This document shows positions 43,033-51,300 of a stretch of DNA of 64,000 nt, in pieces. Position 1 is the first letter of the stretch; every line of letters begins with the position of its first letter. The DNA comes from Azolla caroliniana (Eukaryota > Plantae > Polypodiophyta), in the NCBI GenBank assembly GCA_043228905.1, contig JBHGNT010000091.1, positions 29,905-93,904 on the forward strand, in the 5' to 3' direction. The position numbers and the translations under genes were made by a program. The notes beneath the pieces were generated by a model. The model did no database searches. It was not told the DNA's origin and was given only the letters and a program-made list of their open reading frames with translations.

Positions 43033-43639
43033 TGTTGGGATTTCGGTCCCTTCGTATGGGATGGTCGGATGTCGAAGATGAATGCCGACGAGCCCGGTTT
43101 CGGTTTCGGATCCGGATGATGAAGACCCCGACTTCAGAGTCGGATGGCGAATGTACCCGAAGAAGAGATCCGGACGAAGGGACATATCAGTGAATATGTT
43201 CGCTGTGGGCCCCTGAGGCTACAGTTGTAAATAGCCCAAAGTCATATAAGTATAAATATGACTTAGGGCAAATAGTTTTAGAGTTGCTTCTCATTTTTCT
43301 GTTTTTCCACTCAAGAGGAGTGAAGTGCAAGCAGCCGTGAGAGAGAGAGAGAGATAGAGCGCGAGAGAGGAAGAGGACGACGCCTCTGTGTATTTCCGCC
43401 GCCTGTGGCGAGGACAGCGAGCTCAAGGTCGTCGCCTTGGAGCTCGTCATTGTATACTTCTCTTTGTATAGTGTTGTTTGGAGTCTTGTACTCCCGTGGT
43501 TTTTCCCATCTAGGGTTTTCCACGTAAATCCCTGTGTTCGCGTCTGTTTCTCTTTGGTTCCTATTTTCTGCTGCATTGATCCGCGATTACTCGGTTGTGG
43601 CCGAGAGAAGAAGGTGAATCGAAGCGTTGATTCTCGACA
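43033..43639 (+). repeat. 5' LTR (607 bp)
   Basis: Starts TGTTGGGA and ends TCTCGACA (imperfect terminal inverted repeat). It matches 47756-48362 except at 43189 (A/C), 43203 (C/T) and 43509 (T/C). Confidence 0.96.
43251..43257 (+). promoter_or_regulatory. Putative LTR TATA box (TATAAAT)
   Basis: TATAAAT lies about 220 bp into the LTR, in the only AT-rich patch of U3. It is flanked by the inverted repeat aagtcatat/atatgactt and followed by a pyrimidine-rich stretch and (GA)8 at 43339-43354. Confidence 0.65.
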
Positions 43640-43642
43640 AAC

Positions 43643-43654
43643 TGGTATCAGAGC
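43643..43654 (+). other. Primer binding site complementary to the 3' end of initiator tRNA-Met
   Basis: TGGTATCAGAGC, 3 nt after the CA end of the 5' LTR; this is the canonical plant iMet PBS. Confidence 0.95.
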
Positions 43655-43668
43655 GACTGTTGCAGAAA

Positions 43669-46600
43669 ATGGAAGGCGGCGGCAGCGGGCAGCCGATGAT
43701 GATGGTGCTGAATGCACAGAATTACGCCGACTGGAAGATCAAGATGGAGGATCTTCTGATCGTTCGGGACCTGTACGAACCGATTGACAGGTCGGAAATA
43801 CCGAAGGGGGTACTTGAGTCGGAGTGGAAGCTCCTGAACCGGAAAGCCGTAGCGACGATCCGACAATATGTCGATGTAAGCGTCCTACAACATGTGGCGA
43901 ACGACACCAACGCATATGACATGTGGCGGAAGTTGTCGGGCCTCTACGAGAGGAAGAATGCATTGAACCGGACCTCCCTGATGAGGAAGATTGTGAATCT
44001 CAAGTACCGGGACGGCGAGAGTATGGTGGAACACGTAAGCACGTTCATGGGATTCGTGAACCAGCTTGCGGCGATCAAGTTCCCGTTGGAGGATGCAATG
44101 CAAGCCATCATCCTGATGTGTACATTGCCAGAAAGCTGGGAGAACTTGGTGGTGACTCTCAGCACCTCCTGCACCGAAGATAACTTGTCCTTACAAACGG
44201 TGAAGACAAGTATTTTGAATGAAGAAGCGCGTCGGAGAGATAAGGAACCGACCTCCGACCCGAAGATGTTGTTTACCGAATCGGATCGGGGAAGACAATG
44301 GAACCGGAGTCCGCAAAGACGGGAGAAGTCGGGGACCCGGTCGCAGTCAAGAGGAAGACCCACATGCTTCCACTGTGGGAAGCCGGGGCACTTCCGAAAG
44401 AATTGTCGGCATTACCGAAAAGACAACGGAGCCGACGACACCGATTCGAAGAAGTCACCGGAGAGAAACGGTGCATACCGGGGAGCCACGGACCGGAGAG
44501 GTTCGGATCGGCGAGGGCAGGACCGGAAAGGAACAACGGCACTCGCGGCAAGTGAGGAAGAAATCATGCTCATCACCGAAGAAGGAGAGCTAAACATTGC
44601 CGGCGATGAGACGACCTGGGTGGTCGACTCCGGAGCGTCGTTCCACCTGACCCCGGAGAGGAGATACTTTTCATCCTACACAGCCGGTGAGCATGGCTGT
44701 GTTCGGATGGGAAACGAAGGTACGTGCCGGATTGCCGGCATAGGAGATGTGTGGCTGACAACCCCGACCGGATGCAAAATGCTGCTGAAGAATGTCCGAC
44801 ACGTTCCGGAGGTCCGACTGAACCTGATTTCGGCCGGGAGGCTAGATGACGAAGGCTACACGGGTAGCATCCAGAACGGCGTAATGAAGTTCAGCAAGGG
44901 GAGCCTGATAGTGGCTCGGGCCCGGAAAGACAACACACTGTACCTGATGAATGCCCGGTTATGTCCGGAAGAGCTGAATGTGGCAGCCGACACTGCCGGT
45001 GAGCTGTGGCACAAGAGACTGTGCCATATGAGTGAGAAGGGGATGAAGAGGCTTGCAGAAGACAACCTTATTCCAGTGAAGCATGTGCACCTGGAGAAGT
45101 GCACCGATTGCCTGGCCGGTAAGCAGAACCGAACCTCCTTCCACTCAAGGCCACCGACGAGACGTAGCGCACCATTGGAGTTGGTGCACACTGATGTGTG
45201 TCAGGTAGAAACGAAGTCACATGGCGGAGCCCAGTACTTCGTAACATTCATTGATGATCACAGCCGGAAGCTGTGGACGGCACCGTTGAAGACAAAGGAC
45301 CAAGTGTTGTGCGTCTTCAAAGAACTCCACGCGAGAGTGGAAAGGGAATCCGGCAAGAAGCTGAAAGCGATACGAGCGGATAACGGAGGGGAATACCGAG
45401 GGCAGTTCCAGGAGTACTGTCGCTCGAAGGGAATCCGACTCGAGTTTACTGTGCCGAAGACGCCGGAACTGAACGGGCTGGCCGAGAGGATGAACCGGAC
45501 CATAATGGAGAGGGTTCGGAGTATGCTGGCGCATGCGAAATTACCCAAGGGGTTTTGGGCTGAGGCAATGTCGACGGCGACATATGTGATAAACCGATCA
45601 CCCTCAGTACCTTTGGACGGAGACACGCCGCAGAGAGTGTGGACCGGTAGGGAAGTATCCTACCGGCATCTGAAGGTGTTCGGGTGTCTCGCATACGTGC
45701 ACGTGGCGAAGGACCGGAGAGGAAAGTTAGATCCGAAGACCCGGCCATGCATATTCCTCGGTTACGGCGACGACGAGTTCGGCTACCGAGTATGGGACCC
45801 GGTCGACAAGAAGATATTCAGGAGTCGTGATATCATCTTCATGGAGAACAAGACACTCGCCGACTGGGAGTCGGAGAAGAAGATGAAGAGCTCCAAGTCG
45901 ACCGGTGAGGATAAACTCTACGAGGAGCAGTCCCGACCGGCAAGGGACCGGTTAACACTCGAAGATCCGGCCGAAGACGGTGAAGAAACAGAACCGGCCG
46001 AAGAAGATGAAAATGATACCGGAACCGGCCCCGATACCGAAATGGATTCGGATGAAGAAGAAGAATCGGAAGAACCGGTTACCGAAGCTCCCGAACGGAG
46101 ATATCCTCTAAGAGAGAGAAGGGCCCCCCGGAGATTTCCGGAACCAGAGCATGTGCTGCTAACCGACGAGGGGGAGCCGGAGAGCTTTGAAGAAGCAAAA
46201 CATGACACCCAGAGCCGCAGGTGGTTGATTGCCATGCAGGACGAAATGGATTCCCTGCATGAGAACCACACATATGAACTTGTGGAGTTGCCGAAAGGAA
46301 AGCGGGCACTTCGAAACAAGTGGGTGTTCAAGCTGAAACCGGGAGATGCCGGAAACCCCCCGAGATACAAAGCCAGGATCGTGGTGAAGGGGTTTCAGCA
46401 GAAGAAGGGCGTCGACTTCGACGAGATATTTGCCCCGGTAGTGAAGATGACCTCCATCCGGACGGTGCTGAGCATAGCGGCAAGCATGGACCTCGAGGTA
46501 GAACAGATGGACGTGAAGACGGCATTCCTTCACGGTGACCTCGATGAAGAGATTTACATGCAGCAACCGGAAGGATTCGAGAAGAAAGGGAAGGAGCATC

Positions 46601-47745
46601 TGGTGTGCCGGTTGAAGAAGAGCCTTTACGGACTGAAGCAGGCTCCCCGGCAATGGTACCGGAAGTTCGACTCCTTCATGACCGACGAAGGGTACCTCAA
46701 AACGCAGTCCGACCACTGCGTGTTTGTGAAGAAGTTCGAAGGAGGAGACTTTCTAATACTCCTCCTGTACGTGGACGACATGTTGATCGTCGGACGGGAC
46801 CAGGTCAAGATACGGATGCTGAAGAAGGCTCTTCACCGAACCTTCTCAATGAAGGACCTGGGTCCGGCGAGGCAAATACTAGGGATGCACATCATCCGGG
46901 ACCGGAAGAAGAAGCAGTTGTGGCTGTCACAGGAGAAGTACGTGACGAAGGTGCTTCACCGGTTCAACATGTCGGAAGCAAGACCGGCCGGATCGACCCT
47001 CCCGGCAAACTGCAAGCTGTCCAGCAAGCAAAGTCCCAAGATAAAGGCTGAAAAGGAGGATATGATGAAAGTACCGTATGCCTCAGCCGTCGGGAGCTTG
47101 ATGTACGCCATGGTGTGTACGAGACCGGAAATCGGATATGCAGTCGGAGTGGTGAGCCGGCACATGAGCAATCCCGGCAAAGAGCATTGGAACGCGGTCA
47201 AGTGGATACTCCGATACCTGAAGGGCACAGCGAATGTGTGCCTCCGATTCGGCTCCGGTAAACCCGAACTCGACGGTTTCACCGATTCGGATATGTCGGC
47301 TGATGCAGATACCAGCCGGTCCACATCAGGGTATGTGATGACGTATGCAGGGGGAGCTGTTTCATGGCAGTCGAGGCTGCAGAAGACGGTTGCGTTGTCA
47401 ACCACGGAGGCGGAGTACATGGCAGCTGTTGAAGCCGGCAAGGAAATAATATGGATGAAGGACTTCATTAGAGAGCTCGGTATCCAACAGGAGGAGTACC
47501 GACTCTACTGCGATAGTCAGAGTGCAATCCACCTTGCGAAGAACGCGGCCTATCACTCCCGAACTAAGCACATCCAGCGAAGATATCACTGGATCCGGGA
47601 AAGGATAGAAGACAAGGAGTTCGTGCTGACGAAGATCCACACGGACGAGAACGGGTCGGATATGCTGACCAAGGTGCTCACACCCGACAAGCTGGAAGCA
47701 TGTCGGAAGAGGATCGGATTGGAGAGACATCCCATGCCGAAGTGA
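43669..47745 (+). CDS. Copia gag-pol polyprotein, 1358 aa (Gag, zinc knuckle, aspartic protease, integrase, reverse transcriptase, RNase H)
   Basis: Uninterrupted ORF; the first ATG after the PBS is 43669. Motifs: CFHCGKPGHFRKNC (~44365); WVVDSGASFH protease (~44626); LWHKRLCH...CTDC; DDE core VHTDVC / RADNGGEY / NGLAERMNR; GKLDPK..IFLGY; RT YKARIVVKGF, QMDVKTAFLHG, SLYGLKQAPRQW and LYVDDML (~46768); RNase H DSD / STTEAEY / CDSQSA / SDMLTK. Confidence 0.96.
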   Translation: MEGGGSGQPMMMVLNAQNYADWKIKMEDLLIVRDLYEPIDRSEIPKGVLESEWKLLNRKAVATIRQYVDVSVLQHVANDTNAYDMWRKLSGLYERKNALNRTSLMRKIVNLKYRDGESMVEHVSTFMGFVNQLAAIKFPLEDAMQAIILMCTLPESWENLVVTLSTSCTEDNLSLQTVKTSILNEEARRRDKEPTSDPKMLFTESDRGRQWNRSPQRREKSGTRSQSRGRPTCFHCGKPGHFRKNCRHYRKDNGADDTDSKKSPERNGAYRGATDRRGSDRRGQDRKGTTALAASEEEIMLITEEGELNIAGDETTWVVDSGASFHLTPERRYFSSYTAGEHGCVRMGNEGTCRIAGIGDVWLTTPTGCKMLLKNVRHVPEVRLNLISAGRLDDEGYTGSIQNGVMKFSKGSLIVARARKDNTLYLMNARLCPEELNVAADTAGELWHKRLCHMSEKGMKRLAEDNLIPVKHVHLEKCTDCLAGKQNRTSFHSRPPTRRSAPLELVHTDVCQVETKSHGGAQYFVTFIDDHSRKLWTAPLKTKDQVLCVFKELHARVERESGKKLKAIRADNGGEYRGQFQEYCRSKGIRLEFTVPKTPELNGLAERMNRTIMERVRSMLAHAKLPKGFWAEAMSTATYVINRSPSVPLDGDTPQRVWTGREVSYRHLKVFGCLAYVHVAKDRRGKLDPKTRPCIFLGYGDDEFGYRVWDPVDKKIFRSRDIIFMENKTLADWESEKKMKSSKSTGEDKLYEEQSRPARDRLTLEDPAEDGEETEPAEEDENDTGTGPDTEMDSDEEEESEEPVTEAPERRYPLRERRAPRRFPEPEHVLLTDEGEPESFEEAKHDTQSRRWLIAMQDEMDSLHENHTYELVELPKGKRALRNKWVFKLKPGDAGNPPRYKARIVVKGFQQKKGVDFDEIFAPVVKMTSIRTVLSIAASMDLEVEQMDVKTAFLHGDLDEEIYMQQPEGFEKKGKEHLVCRLKKSLYGLKQAPRQWYRKFDSFMTDEGYLKTQSDHCVFVKKFEGGDFLILLLYVDDMLIVGRDQVKIRMLKKALHRTFSMKDLGPARQILGMHIIRDRKKKQLWLSQEKYVTKVLHRFNMSEARPAGSTLPANCKLSSKQSPKIKAEKEDMMKVPYASAVGSLMYAMVCTRPEIGYAVGVVSRHMSNPGKEHWNAVKWILRYLKGTANVCLRFGSGKPELDGFTDSDMSADADTSRSTSGYVMTYAGGAVSWQSRLQKTVALSTTEAEYMAAVEAGKEIIWMKDFIRELGIQQEEYRLYCDSQSAIHLAKNAAYHSRTKHIQRRYHWIRERIEDKEFVLTKIHTDENGSDMLTKVLTPDKLEACRKRIGLERHPMPK

Positions 47746-47753
47746 AGGGGGAG
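47739..47753 (+). other. Polypurine tract
   Basis: GAAGTGAAGGGGGAG ends 2 nt before the 3' LTR and overlaps the pol stop codon (TGA, 47743-47745). Confidence 0.9.
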
Positions 47754-47755
47754 TT

Positions 47756-48362
47756 TGTTGGGATTTCGGTCCCTTCGTATGGGATGGTCGGATGTCGAAG
47801 ATGAATGCCGACGAGCCCGGTTTCGGTTTCGGATCCGGATGATGAAGACCCCGACTTCAGAGTCGGATGGCGAATGTACCCGAAGAAGAGATCCGGACGA
47901 AGGGACATATCCGTGAATATGTTCGTTGTGGGCCCCTGAGGCTACAGTTGTAAATAGCCCAAAGTCATATAAGTATAAATATGACTTAGGGCAAATAGTT
48001 TTAGAGTTGCTTCTCATTTTTCTGTTTTTCCACTCAAGAGGAGTGAAGTGCAAGCAGCCGTGAGAGAGAGAGAGAGATAGAGCGCGAGAGAGGAAGAGGA
48101 CGACGCCTCTGTGTATTTCCGCCGCCTGTGGCGAGGACAGCGAGCTCAAGGTCGTCGCCTTGGAGCTCGTCATTGTATACTTCTCTTTGTATAGTGTTGT
48201 TTGGAGTCTTGTACTCCCGTGGTTTTTCCCACCTAGGGTTTTCCACGTAAATCCCTGTGTTCGCGTCTGTTTCTCTTTGGTTCCTATTTTCTGCTGCATT
48301 GATCCGCGATTACTCGGTTGTGGCCGAGAGAAGAAGGTGAATCGAAGCGTTGATTCTCGACA
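47756..48362 (+). repeat. 3' LTR (607 bp)
   Basis: TGTTGGGA...TCTCGACA; 604 of 607 positions are identical to the 5' LTR by eye. Confidence 0.96.
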
Positions 48363-48367
48363 GTATG
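48363..48367 (+). repeat. Right target-site duplication GTATG
   Basis: ...TCTCGACA-GTATG-aacattttaattt; the satellite resumes in register. Confidence 0.95.
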
Positions 48368-51300
48368 AACATTTTAATTTACTCAAGGGCTCCTCTCAAC
48401 TCACTCCTCAAATATGGTAATTTCGTCGTGTCTGTCGACCTGAGTTTTAAAATCTTGATTTTTTAATTCCATATCATAGCTAGCGTTGTTAACTTCGATT
48501 CGCATGTTTGAACACAGAAATCCGATATCACACGAGCCAGGTATGAACATTTTAATTTACCTCCTAGCTCTTCTTAACTCACTCCTCAAATTTGGTAATT
48601 TCGTGATGTCTCTCGACTTGAGTTTCAAAATCTTGATTTTTTAATTCCCCATCATACCTAGCGTTGTTAGCTTCGATTCGCATGTTTGAAAACAAAAATA
48701 CGATATGACACGAGTCAGGTATGAATATTTTAATTTACTCAAGGGCTCCTCTCAACTCACTCCTCAAATTTGGTAATTTCGTCATGTCTGTCAACTTGAG
48801 TTTCAAAATCTTGATTTTTTAATTCCATATCATAACTAGCATTGTTAGCTTCGATTCGCATGTTTGAACACAAAAATCCGATATGACACGAGCCAGGTAT
48901 AAACATTTTGATTTACTCAAGGGCTCCTCTCAACTCACTCCTCAAATTTGGTAATTTCGTCATGTCTGTCGACCTGAGTTTCAAAATCTTGATTTTCTAA
49001 TTCCATATCATAGCTAGCGTTGTTAGCTTCGATTCGCATGTTTGAACACAAAACTCCGAAATGACACGAACCAGGTATGAACATTTTAATTTACTCAAGG
49101 GCTCCTCTCAACTCACTCCTCAAATTTGGTAATTTCGTCATGTCTGTCGACTTGAGTTTCGAAATCTTGATTTTTTAATTCCATATCATAGCTAGCATTG
49201 TTAGCTTCGATTCGCATGTTTGAACACAAAAATCCGATATCACACGAGCCAGGTATGAACTATTTAATTTACCTCCTAGCTCTTCTCAACTCACTCCTCA
49301 AATTTGGTAATTTCGTCATGTCTGTCGACCTGAGTATCAAAATCTTGATTTTTTAATTCCATATCATAGCTAGCGTTGTTAGCTTCGATTCGCATGTTTG
49401 AACACAAAAATCCGATATCACACGAGCTAGGTATGAACATTTTCGTTTACCCACTAGCTGCTCTCAACTCACTCCTCAAATTTGGTAATTTCGTCATGTC
49501 TGTCGACCTGAGTTTCAAAATCTTGATTTTTTAATTCCATATCATAGCTAGCGTTGTTAGCTTCGATTCGCATGTTTGAACACAAAAATCCGATATGACA
49601 CGAGCTAGGTATGAATATTTTCGTTTACCCACGAGCTCGTCTTAACTCACTCCTCAAATTTGGTAATTTCATCATGTCTCTCGACCTGAGTTTCAAAATC
49701 TTGATTTCTTAATTCTATATCATAGCTAGCGTTGTTAGCTTCGATTCGCATGTTTGAACACAAAAATCCGATATGACACGTGCCAGGTATGAACATTTTA
49801 ATTTACTCAAGGGCTCCTCTCAACTCACTCCTCAAATTTGGTAATTTCGTCATGTCTGTCGACCTGAGTTTGAAAATCTTGATTTTTTAATTCCCCATCA
49901 TAGCTAGCGTTGGTAGCTTCGATTCGCATGTTTGAACACAAAAATCCGATATCACACGAGCCAGGTATGAACATTTTGATTTACTCAAGGGCTCCTCTCC
50001 ACTACTTCCTCAAGTTTGCTAATTTCGTCATCTCTCTCGACCTGAGTTTTAAAATCTTGATTTTTTAATTCCATATCATAGGTAGTGTTGTTAGCTTCGA
50101 TTTGCATGTTTGAACACAAAAATCCGATATGACACGAGCCAGGTATGAACATTTTAATTTACTCAAGGGCTCCTCTCAACTCACTCCTCAAATATGGTAA
50201 TTTCGTCGTGTCTGTCGACCTGAGTTTTAAAATCTTGATTTTTTAATTCCATATCATAGCTAGCGTTGTTAGCTTCGATTCGCATGTTTGAACACAGAAA
50301 TCCGATATCACACGAGCCAGGTATGAACATTTTAATTTACCTCCTAGCTCTTCTTAACTCACTCCTGAAATTTGGTAATTTCGTGATGTCTCTCGACTTG
50401 AGTTTCAAAATCTTGATTTTTTAATTCCCCATCATAGCTAGCGTTGTTAGCTTCGATTCGCATGTTTGAAAACAAAAATCCGATATGACACGAGCTAGGT
50501 ATGAATATTTTCGTTTACCCACGAGCTCGTCTTAACTCACTCCTCAAATTTGGTAATTTCATCATGTCTCTCGACCTGAGTTTCAAAATCTTGATTTCTT
50601 AATTCTATATCATAGCTAGCGTTGTTAGCTTCGATTCGCATGTTTGAACACAAAAATCCGATATGACACGTGCCAGGTATGAACATTTTAATTTACTCAA
50701 GGGCTCCTCTCAACTCACTCCTCAAATTTGGTAATTTCGTCATGTCTGTCGACCTGAGTTTGAAAATCTTGATTTTTTAATTCCCCATCATAGCTAGCGT
50801 TGGTAGCTTCGATTCGCATGTTTGAACACAAAAATCCGATATCACACGAGCCAGGTATGAACATTTTGATTTACTCAAGGGCTCCTCTCCACTACTTCCT
50901 CAAGTTTGCTAATTTCGTCATCTCTCTCGACCTGAGTTTCAAAATCTTGATTTTTTAATTCCATATCATATGTAGTGTTGTTAGCTTCGATTCGAATGTT
51001 TGAACACAGAAATCCGATATGACACGAGCCAGGTATGAACATTTTCATTTACTCAAGGGCTCTTCTCAACTCACTCCTCAAATTTGGTAATTTCGTCATG
51101 TCTCTCGACCTGAGTTTCAAAATCTTGATTTTTTAATTGCATATCATAGGTAGTGTTGTTAGCTTCGATTCGCATGTTTGAACACAAAAATCCGATATGA
51201 CACGAGCCAGGTATGAACATTTTAATTTACTCAAGGGCTCCTCTCAACTCACTCCTCAAATTTGGTAATTTCGTCATGTCTGTGGACCTGAGTTTCAAAA

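Larger units (their letters stand above)
43033..48362 (+). mobile_element. Full-length intact Ty1/copia LTR retrotransposon (5330 bp), Tto1/Tnt1-like (probable Tork lineage)
   Basis: Two 607-bp direct repeats with TG...CA ends, a 5-bp TSD GTATG, PBS, PPT, and one ORF with the copia domain order GAG-PR-IN-RT-RH. The Gag N-terminus (LNAQNYADWKIKMEDLL...IRQYVD...TLPESWE...VKTSILNEEARRR) resembles tobacco Tto1 as I recall it; the lineage call was not computed. Confidence 0.97.

Noticed and set aside
43311-43639. Short LTR-satellite word matches (gaatcgaagc, gaggagtga, tctcgac), suggesting the satellite derives from the LTR or guides insertion
   Set aside because: The matches are only 7-10 bp, on mixed strands and not collinear. 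That is about what chance gives when comparing 607 bp with both strands of a 178-bp unit.
43627-43668. ORF-track start of the polyprotein at 43627
   Set aside because: This is a TTG inside the LTR, upstream of the PBS. The first ATG, at 43669, is the plausible eukaryotic start.
43187-43787. Antisense 176-aa and sense 116-aa ORFs over the 5' LTR (and 266-aa/86-aa counterparts over the 3' LTR)
   Set aside because: They have no recognisable domain, run across LTR/satellite or LTR/internal boundaries, and translate the (GA)n microsatellite. One LTR substitution (43189) creates or removes the stop. They are most likely incidental, though antisense transcription is not excluded.
43648-47730. Many short overlapping and antisense ORFs within gag-pol
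   Set aside because: These are expected shadow ORFs of a GC-rich coding sequence and carry no independent motifs.
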